Source: Candidatus Eiseniibacteriota bacterium
GTDB taxonomy: Bacteria > Orphanbacterota > Orphanbacteria > Orphanbacterales > Orphanbacteraceae
Assembly: GCA_043809585.1 (NCBI GenBank)
Contig: JBDROZ010000070.1
Coordinates: forward strand, 15,122-79,121
Length of the DNA: 64,000 nt
Direction: 5' to 3'
The position numbers were made by a program, and so were the translations under genes. Below the pieces are notes generated by a model. That model saw only the letters and a program-made list of their open reading frames with translations, made no database searches and was not told the DNA's origin. Shown in pieces: positions 18,540-28,164 of this stretch. Numbering within the stretch: the first letter of the stretch is position 1; each line of letters starts with the position of its first letter.

Positions 18540-19649
18540 TTGACCATTCGGTTTTGGGGTCGTGGTTCGGGTGAGAAGGAGAGGGGCGGGATCCTGAAGC
18601 GCCTGCAGCAGGACCCGAACAACCGGGATCTCCTCCACGAGGCGGTGGTCTATCTGGAGGGGGAGCGGCTCTATCCGGAGGCGATCGACCATCTGGAGAA
18701 GCTGCTCGCGATGGAGCCGGACAACCTCGAGCTCCTCAACACGGCCGGGCGTCTTCTCCGGAAGACGGGCCGTCACGAGGAATCCCTCGCCCGGCTGGAA
18801 CACGGTGTCCATGTCGCCTCGGACGATTTGGAAACTCAGGTCAACTTCGCGAAGACGCTGATGGCCCTCGACCGGTGGGGCGAGGCGGAAAAGAACGTCC
18901 TCCGTCTCCTCTCCCGGAACCCGGGCGTGCCGATCTGCCACTACGCCCTCGGCGTTCTACGGACCCGTCAGGATCGCTTCGACGAAGCGATTCAGGCGTA
19001 CGAGCGGGCCCTCGAGCTGGATCCGAAGTTCGCGCGGGCCCACTCGAATCTCGGCCTTCTCTACGATCAGACGGGTCGGATCGACGAGGCCCTCTCCCAC
19101 TTCCGGCGGGCCATTCGCCTCGAGCCGGAAAAGCCGGAGTGGCATCTGAACCTGGGCGCCGTCTACGGCGAGAAGGGGATGAGCCAGGAAGCGGTGGCCG
19201 AGTTCCAGGAGGCCCTCGGGCTCGACCCGAAGAATGTGGAGGCCCACTTCAATCTCGGCATGATCTTCCACGATCAAGGCGCGTTCGAGGACGCGATCCG
19301 GGAGTTCAAGATCGCCGTGGAGTCGGAGCCGGACAACATCAAGGCCCACTATCTCCTCGGCCGGGCCTACATTCGCCGGGGTATCTACGACCGGGCCCGG
19401 AAGCAGATGAACCGGGTTCTCTCTCTCGACCCGGACAACGCGAAGGCCTACTACTATCTCGGCGTGGCGGAGAACAAGAGGGAGAAGATCGACGAAGCCA
19501 TCGCCGCCCTCGAGAGGGCGATCTCCATCAATCCGGACGACGGGAAGCCGTACTACGTGCTCGGCATCGCTTACGACAAGAAGGGGGCCGGCGACAAGGC
19601 GCGGGAGGCGTACCGCACCGCGGACCGGCTGATCCAGGCGAGCCGTTGA
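18540..19649 (+). CDS. TPR-repeat protein
   Basis: At least 8 consecutive 34-aa TPR units (AHSNLGLLYDQTGRIDEALSHFRRAIRLEP etc.). The start is uncertain: TTG 18540 follows a GGAGGTG SD, GTG 18531 is an alternative, and the ORF is open from 18453. The stop overlaps the trpA ATG (ATGA). Confidence 0.6.
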   Translation: MTIRFWGRGSGEKERGGILKRLQQDPNNRDLLHEAVVYLEGERLYPEAIDHLEKLLAMEPDNLELLNTAGRLLRKTGRHEESLARLEHGVHVASDDLETQVNFAKTLMALDRWGEAEKNVLRLLSRNPGVPICHYALGVLRTRQDRFDEAIQAYERALELDPKFARAHSNLGLLYDQTGRIDEALSHFRRAIRLEPEKPEWHLNLGAVYGEKGMSQEAVAEFQEALGLDPKNVEAHFNLGMIFHDQGAFEDAIREFKIAVESEPDNIKAHYLLGRAYIRRGIYDRARKQMNRVLSLDPDNAKAYYYLGVAENKREKIDEAIAALERAISINPDDGKPYYVLGIAYDKKGAGDKAREAYRTADRLIQASR

Positions 19650-20464
19650 TGAAGACCGTTTCGCGGATCGCCGCTCGGTTCGGCGCCCTCCGGCGTGAGG
19701 GGCGGACGGGGCTGATTCCCTTCCTCACGGCGGGCGATCCTTCGCTCCGCTTCACGGAGAAGGCGATTCATCTTCTCGATCGGCCGGAAACGGCGGCAAT
19801 CGAGATCGGCGTGCCTTTCTCCGATCCCCTCGCCGACGGGCCGGCCATCCAGCGCTCTTCGGAGCGGGCCCTCGCCCGGGGCGTCACCCTGGTGCGGGTG
19901 CTGGACATGGTGGAACGTCTCCGCCCCTCCGTGGCGGCCCCCCTGGTGCTCATGTCGTACATGAACCCTCTGCTCCGGCTCGGTCTCGAACGGTTCGCCG
20001 CGCGGGCGGCCCGGGCGGGGGTGGACGCCGTGATCGCCACGGACCTTCCGGCGGAGGAATCCGCCGAGTACGGGCGGATCCTCGCCTCACACGGGATCGG
20101 CACGGTCTTTCTCGCGGCGCCGACGAGCCCGCCGGAGCGGATTCGGAGGATCGCCGCAGCATCGACCGCTTTCATCTATTATGTAAGTCTGACCGGCGTG
20201 ACCGGTGCCCGGAGCGCCCTCCCCGCCGACCTCGCCGCGCGGCTCGGGGGGGTGAGGAAGATCACGAAGAGGCCCCTCGCCGTCGGGTTCGGCGTCTCGT
20301 CCGCCGCCGAGGTGCGCCGTCTCGTGGGCCGGTGCGACGCGGTCGTGGTCGGGAGCGCCCTCGTGCGCGCGGTGGAGGGGGAGAAGAACGACCGGGACCG
20401 GCTCGCGGCCCTCGAGAAGAAGGTCGCGGCCCTCACGGTCCCCCTCGGGAGGAGAGGCAGGTGA
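19649..20464 (+). CDS. trpA: Tryptophan synthase alpha chain
   Basis: IPFLTAGDP, IEIGVPFSDPLADGPAIQ, GFIYYVSLTGVTG, VGFGVS motifs diagnostic of TrpA. No trpB is adjacent; its stop overlaps the GTG of the downstream gene (GTGA). Confidence 0.8.
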   Translation: MKTVSRIAARFGALRREGRTGLIPFLTAGDPSLRFTEKAIHLLDRPETAAIEIGVPFSDPLADGPAIQRSSERALARGVTLVRVLDMVERLRPSVAAPLVLMSYMNPLLRLGLERFAARAARAGVDAVIATDLPAEESAEYGRILASHGIGTVFLAAPTSPPERIRRIAAASTAFIYYVSLTGVTGARSALPADLAARLGGVRKITKRPLAVGFGVSSAAEVRRLVGRCDAVVVGSALVRAVEGEKNDRDRLAALEKKVAALTVPLGRRGR

Positions 20465-21288
20465 GGGCGTGGCTCCGTCTCCTCCGCGCCGGGAATCTCG
20501 TCATCCTCGGGGGGGCGATCCTGCTTGGCCACGCCCTCGCCGGGGGGGGGAGCCCCACGCATCTGATGCCCGCGCTCTTCGCGGCGGCCTTTCTCGTCGG
20601 CGCATTCTATCTCTGGAACGACGTCGCCGATCTTGCGGTGGACCGGATCAACCGCCCCGACCGGCCGCTCCCGTCGGGGGCGATCGCCGAGAAGACCGCC
20701 CGCCGCGTGGGGACGGTCCTTCTCCCCCTCGCTTTCTGCTGCGCCCTCGGGGCGGGGGTGTTCGCCCTCGGCACCATCGCCCTCTGGTCGCTGCTTCTTC
20801 TCCTTTACGAGCGATACCTGAAGAGGGCCGGGTTCGCGGGGAACCTGCTCGTCAGCGCCGTCGCCTCCTCCGCCCTCCTCTACGGCGCCCGCCTCGGCGG
20901 GGCGATCGAGGCGGGCATCGCCCCCGCCCTCTTCGCCTTCTTTCTGCATCTGGCGCGGGAGATCGTGAAGGACATCCAGGACATGCCCGGCGACCCGCGC
21001 GGGGCCCGCCGGACATTGCCCCTCTCGGTGGGGGGAAAGCGGGCGCTTCTCTGGTGCGCGTTCCCCCTGGCCCTCCTCGTCCTCTTCTCGCCGGTCCCCT
21101 TCCTGATCGGGATGTACAACGTCTTCTACCTCGCGATCGTGATCGTCGGCATCGATCTCCTTCTCGCCGTCGCCCTCTTCCTCTGCTACGCCCGCCCCGA
21201 CCGGGCCCGGCTCGGCATGTTGGCGAGGCTTCTCAAAGGCCAGATGGTGGTCGGCATGGCCGCCATTCTGGTCGGAAGCGCCTTCTGA
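20461..21288 (+). CDS. UbiA-family aromatic/isoprenoid prenyltransferase
   Basis: Polytopic membrane protein with the Asp-rich NDVADLAVDRINRPDRPLPSG motif (NDxxDxxxD) and a second basic loop typical of the UbiA superfamily. Confidence 0.7.
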   Translation: MRAWLRLLRAGNLVILGGAILLGHALAGGGSPTHLMPALFAAAFLVGAFYLWNDVADLAVDRINRPDRPLPSGAIAEKTARRVGTVLLPLAFCCALGAGVFALGTIALWSLLLLLYERYLKRAGFAGNLLVSAVASSALLYGARLGGAIEAGIAPALFAFFLHLAREIVKDIQDMPGDPRGARRTLPLSVGGKRALLWCAFPLALLVLFSPVPFLIGMYNVFYLAIVIVGIDLLLAVALFLCYARPDRARLGMLARLLKGQMVVGMAAILVGSAF

Positions 21289-21289
21289 G

Positions 21290-22072
21290 ATGGGCGTCGC
21301 GGCGGCGATTTTCCTCGGGCTGGTTCAGGGGCTGACGGAGTTCCTCCCCGTCTCGAGTTCGGGGCACCTCGTCCTCGCCCAGGCCCTTCTCGGCATCCGG
21401 TCCGAGGGGATCTTGATGGAGGTGCTCCTCCACGTGGCGACGGCCTTCGTGGTCCTCGGCTTTTACCGGGAGAGAGCGGTCGACCTCCTCCGCCCCCGGT
21501 TCGACGGGGAGCGGAACCGGTACCGCCTCGCGATCGTCATCGGCCTCCTGCCGACCGCCGTCGTCGGTCTCTTCTTGAGAGATCGGATCGAGGCGCTTTT
21601 CGAGCGGCCCGGGCCGACCCTGGCCGCCCTCGCCTTCACCGGGGTCTTCCTTCTCCTCACCCGGCTCGCCCCCCCCCGGGAGCGTCGAATCACCCTCGGA
21701 ATCGCCTTCCTGATCGGGATCGCCCAGGCCGTGGCGATTCTTCCCGGGATCTCCCGGTCCAGCGCGACCATCGCCTGTGCCCTTTTCCTCGGCGTCCGGC
21801 GGAGGGAGGGGGCGGAGTTCTCGTTCCTCCTCTCCGTGCCCGCCATTTTGGGCGCCGCCCTCCTGACGGCGAAGGACATCACCGGGGAGGCCGCGTCGGG
21901 GACGGCCCTCGCTCCCGCCCTTCTCGGAGCCGCCGTCGCCGCCGTATCGGGCTACTGGGCGCTCCGCCTCCTGGTCCGTCTCGTAACCCGCGGAGGATTC
22001 CACCGTTTCGGCTATTATTGCCTCACTCTGGCGGCGGTCGGCGCGGCGTCGGTCTTCCTCCTTTCCGGTTGA
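21290..22072 (+). CDS. uppP: Undecaprenyl-diphosphatase
   Basis: LGLVQGLTEFLPVSSSGHL and PGISRSSATI motifs of the BacA/UppP family. Confidence 0.85.
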   Translation: MGVAAAIFLGLVQGLTEFLPVSSSGHLVLAQALLGIRSEGILMEVLLHVATAFVVLGFYRERAVDLLRPRFDGERNRYRLAIVIGLLPTAVVGLFLRDRIEALFERPGPTLAALAFTGVFLLLTRLAPPRERRITLGIAFLIGIAQAVAILPGISRSSATIACALFLGVRRREGAEFSFLLSVPAILGAALLTAKDITGEAASGTALAPALLGAAVAAVSGYWALRLLVRLVTRGGFHRFGYYCLTLAAVGAASVFLLSG

Positions 22073-22245
22073 CAGAAAGCCCGAGGGGCGGTACTCTATA
22101 AGTTCTTATCCCTAGGCCTCTTGGCTTCGGGAGGACCGATCGGAACGAATCCCGAATCGACCTATTCCCGCCCGAGCAATCCGCGGAGACCGGGAGCGCC
22201 CCTGCTCCCGGATCCGTGAGTTTCCCGGGCGGCGGGAACGAAAGG

Positions 22246-22887
22246 ATGAATCGAGAGATGACGGCACCTTGGCGAATCATCGGACTCGCGGCTTTCGCGG
22301 CCCTCATTCCGGGAGCGGCCGCGGCGGTGGATTACGATAAGATCGAATCCCGTCCCCCCATGGGGCGGATCGAGGCGTACGAGAAGCTGCTCGGTGTGGA
22401 GAAGGACTCGGTGGAGCTCCTCTTCAAGCTGGGCAACGCCTACTATGACGCCGAGATGGGTGAGATGGCGGCCTCTTTCTATCGGCGTTCCGTCGTCGCA
22501 GGAGGTGATTCGAAGGTCGTCATCAACCTCGCGTTCGTGCTCGACGAGCTCGGGAAACGAGACGAAGCGGGCGAGGCGTACCGGGACGGTCTCCGTCGTA
22601 TGCCGAAGGACGCGGCGCTCCAGTCTTTTTACGGCGACTTCCTCGCCGCAGACCCCGATTCGGCCGCGGGATTGCCCGCCGCCGTGGAGGCGTACCGGCG
22701 CGCTCTCGATCTGGACGAGAATTGCGTCGAGGCGCACTTCGGCCTCGGAAATCTCTTCGCCGAGACGGGCATATACAAGGAGGCGATCCGGGAGTGGGAG
22801 CGGGTCCTTGCCATCGACGAAAAGCACCGTCTCGCCACCCGGGCGCGAAGCAACATCGAAAAGGCGCGGACCGAGAGGGGGCGTTGA
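22246..22887 (+). CDS. Secreted TPR-repeat protein
   Basis: Signal peptide, then TPR units (LLFKLGNAYYDAEMGEMAASFYRRSV, AHFGLGNLFAETGIYKEAIREWERVLAID). Confidence 0.55.
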   Translation: MNREMTAPWRIIGLAAFAALIPGAAAAVDYDKIESRPPMGRIEAYEKLLGVEKDSVELLFKLGNAYYDAEMGEMAASFYRRSVVAGGDSKVVINLAFVLDELGKRDEAGEAYRDGLRRMPKDAALQSFYGDFLAADPDSAAGLPAAVEAYRRALDLDENCVEAHFGLGNLFAETGIYKEAIREWERVLAIDEKHRLATRARSNIEKARTERGR

Positions 22888-22957
22888 CGCCATCCGGCTT
22901 CGTCGGTAGAGTCTCCAAGTCCGGTTCGGTGGAAGATCTCTCGAACCCGTCGGTTCC

Positions 22958-24130
22958 GTGGAGGAGATGAGAGCGATGATCGTGCGAAACCGTAAGACCT
23001 GGGCGCTCGCGGCGCTCGCGACCGTACTGCTGATCGGAGGGATCGCCTGCGAGGTCCAGGATGATGTCATCACCCGGGAGCGGGTCGAATCGGACCCGGA
23101 GACGAAGGCGAATCGCCTCATGGCGAGCGCCCGCCAGTACCTCGACAGCGAGCTCTATCCCCAGGCGGAGCTTGCGTACCGGGAGGTCATCGATCTCCAG
23201 CCGGACAACCGGACCGCCCTCTCGAACCTCGCCTTCGCCGTTCGCGCCCAAGATCGCGGGGATGAGGCCTTCGAGTTGTACAAGCTCTATGCCGAGCGCT
23301 TCCCCGATGATGCCGACGGTTTCGCCCGCCTGGCCGCCGCCTACAACGACCGGGAGAATTACGCCGCCGCCGCCCAGCAGGTGGAGAAGGCGGTCGGGCT
23401 CAGCCCGGAGGACGCGACGCTCCGCAGCGATCTCGGGCACTATTACGTGCAGCTCGGGATGTGGGAGGAGGCGCAGGCCTCCTACGAGAAGGCGGTCGAG
23501 CTGGATCCCGAGAACGAGGAGTATCCGGGGATCCTCGCGACGGTCTACAAGGAGCTCGGAAAGACCGACGAACTTCTCGCCACCCAGGAGGCCCTCCTCG
23601 CGAAAGACCCGGAGAACAAGCGTCTCGTCAAGAACGTGGCCCAATTGAATGTCGACGTGGAGAACTACCCCCGGGCGACGGAGCTGTACGACCAGCTCGC
23701 CGAGATGGAACCGGAGAACACGGCGATCTTGAAGAACGTGGCGGTGCTCCAGCTCCGGATGGCGGACACCACGGCGGCGGTCGCGACCTATGAGCGGGTG
23801 GTAAGGCAGGATCCGAAAGATTCGGACGCCCGGGTTCGCCTCGCCGATCATATGCTGACCCTCGGCCGGTTTGACGAGTCGATCCGGACGGTTCAGATCG
23901 CCCTCGACCAGGCCCCGAACAACGCCCAGGGATGGTGCGTGTGGGGGAGGGCCCTCGAGAAGAAGAAGCTGTACGAGCAGGCCAAGGCGAAGTACGAGAA
24001 AGCCGCCACCCTCGGCGATCCCTTCTGGTCCGAGTACGCGAGCAAGGAAGTGATCCGGCAGCAACAGCTGATTCTCCGAGAAGAGGCGAAGAAGAAACAG
24101 GAAGAATACCAGAAGCTCGAAGAACTCTGA
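22958..24130 (+). CDS. TPR-repeat (lipo)protein
   Basis: Signal peptide with a Cys after LIGGIAC; multiple TPR units; coiled-coil Lys/Glu-rich C-terminus. Confidence 0.6.
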   Translation: MEEMRAMIVRNRKTWALAALATVLLIGGIACEVQDDVITRERVESDPETKANRLMASARQYLDSELYPQAELAYREVIDLQPDNRTALSNLAFAVRAQDRGDEAFELYKLYAERFPDDADGFARLAAAYNDRENYAAAAQQVEKAVGLSPEDATLRSDLGHYYVQLGMWEEAQASYEKAVELDPENEEYPGILATVYKELGKTDELLATQEALLAKDPENKRLVKNVAQLNVDVENYPRATELYDQLAEMEPENTAILKNVAVLQLRMADTTAAVATYERVVRQDPKDSDARVRLADHMLTLGRFDESIRTVQIALDQAPNNAQGWCVWGRALEKKKLYEQAKAKYEKAATLGDPFWSEYASKEVIRQQQLILREEAKKKQEEYQKLEEL

Positions 24131-24165
24131 GTTCTCTCTTCTTTTCTACTGTGGCCCAGGCGCGC

Positions 24166-24446
24166 TGCCTGCGAAACCGATTCTCCATCGGCGCCGTCCT
24201 CGGCGTGGCTCGGGCCACGCCTACGGGCGGCGCCTCGTCCGAACCGGCTTCTCGGCGAGCGCGCCTGGGCCTCGCTACGAAAAGAACCGAGACCTCAGAG
24301 TTATCACTTCGCACCACCGGGGCCTCGCTACGCAAATCGTCGGAATCCTAGAGCTCTTCTCGCTTGTGCTCAGCGGAATGCGCCTGGGCCTCGCTACGCA
24401 AATCGTCGAAATCCTAGAGCTCTTCTCGCCAAACGTCCGAGGAAAG
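24166..24446. repeat. Degenerate tandem repeats (~60-66 bp unit, 3-4 copies) in an intergenic region
   Basis: gcgcctgggcctcgctacg occurs at 24261 and 24380. ggcctcgctacgcaaatcgtcgRaatcctagagctcttctcgc occurs at 24321 and 24387 (44 bp, 1 mismatch). Weaker copies lie at 24166 and 24268. Confidence 0.5.
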
Positions 24447-24452
24447 CGCCGC

Positions 24453-24545
24453 GGGGGGGGGACACAACCGCGGGGGGGGGACACAATACCTAATTCGGAA
24501 TTAGGTATTGTGTCCCCAGAATTTCTATTAGGTATTGTGTCCCCA
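24453..24545. promoter_or_regulatory. Palindromic multi-half-site element: 41-bp near-perfect inverted repeat plus direct repeats of the half-site GGGGACACAATACCTAAT, flanked by G9-G10 runs
   Basis: ggggacacaatacctaattc (24477-24496), a single g, then gaattaggtattgtgtcccc (24498-24517). A third right-arm copy attaggtattgtgtcccc lies at 24527-24544. ggggggggacacaa occurs at 24453 and 24472. Lies ~80 bp upstream of the desulfurase start. Confidence 0.5.
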
Positions 24546-24622
24546 GTTACCGTCCTACCCGTTCCTCGTGCGCTTCCAGGCCCCTTCGACTAGACTGATC
24601 AATAGACGAAAGGAGTCCGACC

Positions 24623-25774
24623 GTGCCCGAGCCGCGCCGCGTCTACCTCGATCATAACGCGACGACCCCCGTCCGCCCCGAAGTGGCGGAGGTGATGACC
24701 GAGGCTTTTCGCCGATGGTGGGGCAACCCATCGAGCCCCTACCGGAGCGGCCGGGAAGCCAGGGCGAAGCTGGGCGAGGCGCGGGAGACCGTGGCCGGGC
24801 TCCTCGGCGCCGAATCGGAGGGAGTCGTCTTCACGGGAAGCGGTACCGAGGCGGACAACCTCGCGATCCTCGGAATCGCCGCGCCGGCCGGGGCCGGTTC
24901 CGTCGTGATCTCCGAAGTGGAGCATCCCGCCGTCGACGCCCCCGCCGCACTTCTCGCGGCGAGGGGGTTCGAGGTGACGCGCATTCCCGTCGGCCCTCTC
25001 GGCGCCGTCGATCCCGGCGCGTTCTCCCGGGCCCTCCGCGAGAGGACGCGCATCGTCTCCCTCATCCACGGCCAGAACGAGACGGGCGTTCTCCAACCCG
25101 TGCGTGAAGTGGGCGCCCTCTGCCGGGAGCGGCACATTCCGTTCCACACCGACGCCGCCCAGACCGCGGGCAAATTCCCCCTCGATCTTCGCGAAGACCC
25201 GATCGACCTGGTCACCGTCGTGGGCCACAAGATCTACGGACCGAAAGGCGCCGGCGCCCTCGTGATGGGCCGCGGCCTCCCCCCCCTCGGGCCGGTCACG
25301 GTCGGCGGCGGACAGGAAGGGGGGCGCCGGCCGGGCACCGAAAGCGTTCCCCTCGCCCTCGGGCTCGCCACCGCCCTCCGGCTCGCTGTTCAGGAGAGGG
25401 ATGAGGAGCAGCCCCGTCTCCGCCGGATCCGGGACCGCTTCGAGAAGCGCCTCGTCGAGCTTCTCGACGGAGTCACGGTCGTCGGAGCCGGCCGGGAACG
25501 GATCCCGGGCACGAGTTACGTTCTCCTCGCCGGAGTCTCGGGGGGGGCGGTCTCCGAAGAGCTCGACCGGCGGGGCCTCGAAATCTCCACCGGGTCGGCA
25601 TGCCACTCCGGTTCGCCCGAGCCCTCGGCCACCCTTCTCGCCATGGGCATTCCCCGGGAGGCGGCCCTCGGCGGGATCCGGATCGGCTTCGGCAAGAGCA
25701 ACGCCGAAGCGGATGGGGACCTTCTCGCCGACACCCTCGCCGAGGTGGTCCCCGGGCTCCGCCGGAAAGGATGA
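24623..25774 (+). CDS. Cysteine desulfurase, NifS/IscS family (class V aminotransferase)
   Basis: [11 protein letters not shown]-terminus, PLP-lysine region ([11 protein letters not shown]) and SGSACHS active-site Cys loop; GTG start after an AAAGGAG SD. Confidence 0.8.
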   Translation: MPEPRRVYLDHNATTPVRPEVAEVMTEAFRRWWGNPSSPYRSGREARAKLGEARETVAGLLGAESEGVVFTGSGTEADNLAILGIAAPAGAGSVVISEVEHPAVDAPAALLAARGFEVTRIPVGPLGAVDPGAFSRALRERTRIVSLIHGQNETGVLQPVREVGALCRERHIPFHTDAAQTAGKFPLDLREDPIDLVTVVGHKIYGPKGAGALVMGRGLPPLGPVTVGGGQEGGRRPGTESVPLALGLATALRLAVQERDEEQPRLRRIRDRFEKRLVELLDGVTVVGAGRERIPGTSYVLLAGVSGGAVSEELDRRGLEISTGSACHSGSPEPSATLLAMGIPREAALGGIRIGFGKSNAEADGDLLADTLAEVVPGLRRKG

Positions 25775-25781
25775 TCCCCCG

Positions 25782-26876
25782 TTGATCGAGAACGTATCGC
25801 CCCCGAAGGGGTCGCGGATCGCGGTCGCCATGAGCGGCGGAGTGGATAGTGCGGCGGCGGCCCTTCTCCTCAGGGAGGCGGGATACGACGTGGCGGGAGT
25901 CACGCTGAAGCTCTTCTGCCTCGGCGAAGCCCCCGACCTCGAGAGGGACCGTTCCTGCTGCTCCGCCGAGGCGATCGAGGACGCCGCGTCCACCGCCGCC
26001 CGCCTCGGAATCCCCCACTTCGTCTGGGACTTCAGCGAGCCCTTCCGGGAGTGGGTCATCGATCCGTTCCGGGACGAGTACCTCCGGGGCCGCACGCCGA
26101 ACCCGTGCGTGGCGTGCAACCGGAACGTCCGCTTCCGCCTCCTCCTCGACAAGGTGCGCCGCTCCGGGTACACCTACCTCGCGACCGGCCACTACGCGCG
26201 GCTCGCCGACGCCGGCGGGGCCACCGCGATCCTCCGCGGCCGGGACCCGGGGAAAGACCAGTCCTACGTGCTTTGGGGCATCCGCCGGGAGGATCTCCCG
26301 GGGCTCGTCTTTCCGGTCGGAAGCCTCGCGAAGGAAGAGGTCCGGGCCCTTCTCTCCCGGGCCGGCCACCCTGTGGTGGACAAGCGGGAGAGCCAGGACA
26401 TCTGCTTCCTTCCCGGCCGGGACCTCCGGGGTTTTCTCGCCGTTTCCGAGGAGGGGGAAATCGTCGACCGGGAGGGAAGAGTGATCGGCCGCCACGACGG
26501 AGCGGCCCGGTACACCATCGGCCAGAGGCGCGGCCTCGGAGTCGCCGCCGGCGAAGTCCTCTACGTGACCGGCGTCGATATCGCGGAGAATCGGGTTCGC
26601 CTCGGTCCGGAGGGGGATCTTTACGCGGCGGGGCTCGTCGCCGAGGACGCCAACTTCCTCGTTCCTCTCGAGTCGCTCCGGGAGGGGCCGGTGGAGGCGA
26701 AGATCCGCTACCGGCACGAGCCGGCGCCCGCCTCGATCGCCCCCCTTTCCGGGGGCCTCCTGGAAATCCGCTTCCGAAACCCCCAAAGGGCGATCACCCC
26801 CGGACAGTCCGTCGTTCTCTACCGGGGGGAGCGCCTTCTCGGCGGCGCCGTCATCGCCCGGATCCTCGAAGACTGA
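25782..26876 (+). CDS. mnmA: tRNA-specific 2-thiouridylase
   Basis: PP-loop SGGVDS ([14 protein letters not shown]), catalytic Cys motifs (NPCVACN, CFL). Probable TTG start at 25782, 8 nt after the desulfurase stop. Confidence 0.8.
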   Translation: MIENVSPPKGSRIAVAMSGGVDSAAAALLLREAGYDVAGVTLKLFCLGEAPDLERDRSCCSAEAIEDAASTAARLGIPHFVWDFSEPFREWVIDPFRDEYLRGRTPNPCVACNRNVRFRLLLDKVRRSGYTYLATGHYARLADAGGATAILRGRDPGKDQSYVLWGIRREDLPGLVFPVGSLAKEEVRALLSRAGHPVVDKRESQDICFLPGRDLRGFLAVSEEGEIVDREGRVIGRHDGAARYTIGQRRGLGVAAGEVLYVTGVDIAENRVRLGPEGDLYAAGLVAEDANFLVPLESLREGPVEAKIRYRHEPAPASIAPLSGGLLEIRFRNPQRAITPGQSVVLYRGERLLGGAVIARILED

Positions 26877-27133
26877 GTCCTTTCCCAATCACTAGAACCG
26901 GTTTCACAACCTCCATTCTGCTGCGATCGGCTGCAAGGCCCGGCGGCTGCGTACTCGGGTAAAAACGTCCTCAATGGCCTTCTTAGGCCACCTCCGGGCG
27001 TTTTCCCCCTTGATCCTTGCCGCCGGACCTTTCGCTCGATCTCGCGACGAAGGAGGTTGTGAGACCGATTCTAATGTCCCGGGGTCCGCTCGAGACTTCG
27101 CGGCCCCGACCGGCGCGCCGCATCATTCCGTCT

Positions 27134-27787
27134 TCAGTGGCTCCCCGCGCTCGTGCGGCTCAGCATCCCCCTCACGAAAACGGGAATGTTGTTCGCGATC
27201 AGTTTTTCCTTGTCGAACTTGCCGTACCCGTACGAATCCCAGAAGGTGCAAGAGAGCACGCAGTCGTTGACGAGGCCGACGAAAGCGCGGGCGGTGATCT
27301 GCGGGTTCAGATCCCGGATCTCCCCCCGCTCGATTCCGATGCGAATCCGGCGTTCCAGGAATTCGATGAAAGGGAGCCTCCAACTGAGATAGAAGCGTTT
27401 CGCCTCCGGGCTTCCCGCGAGCGTGGCGGCGAGAAACAGCTTTTGAATCAGCGGGTCCGCCAATCCGATGTCCAGAATTTTCCTCGCCACGGTTTCCAGG
27501 GTCTCCGGCAGGCCGAGTTCCTGAGGAAGCCCCGAGAGGAAGTGCTCGAAGTCGAAGGAGCCGATCTTGCGCTGAAGGACGTTTTCGAAGATCGCCTCTT
27601 TGGACGGGAAGTGCTTGTAGAGGGCCGACTCGCTCACGCCGCACGCCTTGGCCAGATCCTTGGTCGTGGTCCCCTCGAAACCCTTCCGCGCGAAAATCCG
27701 AGTGGCCGTCTCGAGGATCTGTTCCCGCCGTTCCGAGGCGGGAAGGCGGGGGGTCGAGCTTCGAGTGTCAGCGGTCATCGTTCCCAT
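27134..27787 (-). CDS. TetR/AcrR-family transcriptional regulator
   Basis: N-terminal HTH (REQILETATRIFARKGFEGTTTKDLAKACGVSESALYKHFPSKEAIF) typical of TetR_N. Confidence 0.75.
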   Translation of the reverse strand: MGTMTADTRSSTPRLPASERREQILETATRIFARKGFEGTTTKDLAKACGVSESALYKHFPSKEAIFENVLQRKIGSFDFEHFLSGLPQELGLPETLETVARKILDIGLADPLIQKLFLAATLAGSPEAKRFYLSWRLPFIEFLERRIRIGIERGEIRDLNPQITARAFVGLVNDCVLSCTFWDSYGYGKFDKEKLIANNIPVFVRGMLSRTSAGSH

Positions 27788-27791
27788 CACC

Positions 27792-27813
27792 GGTTAGTGA
27801 ATGCTTACTGACC
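27792..27813. promoter_or_regulatory. Imperfect palindrome GGTTAGTGAatgCTTACTGACC abutting the TetR start codon (candidate autoregulatory operator)
   Basis: Half-sites ggttagtgaa / ggtcagtaag (revcomp) match 7/10; positioned 5 nt upstream of the TetR start, in the divergent region shared with the DUF4230 gene. Confidence 0.25.
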
Positions 27814-28164
27814 GAGTATCGCCCGAGTCTATGTGCCACGCAAACAACGAATTATGCATACTATTATTAGTTGACCGGAGACGGTCCCGGGGGCCGAGCC
27901 CGGACGACGCTTTCATTAGCCAGACTAACAAGTTGCGGGGGCCGGCACCACCGTAACGATTCTCTTCGGGGAAAAGGGAGCAAGAAAAAGTTAAGAAAAG
28001 CCGGGGCCCCCCTTGACCGCGGCCGCCTCCTCCATTGACGGCAGTCGGCGAATCGTTCCGTTCTCGTCCCTCCGCTTCACAGGAATGGGGGAATGGGCCG
28101 GGACGGGAGCGCGACCTTGACGCCCCGGCCCCGTGGCCGTACGCTCCCCCCCGGAGGTGCCGGG

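Noticed and set aside
24166-24446. Possible CRISPR array
   Set aside because: Only 3-4 degenerate copies, unit boundaries inconsistent, repeats not separated by unique equal-length spacers, no cas genes. Classed as tandem repeats instead.
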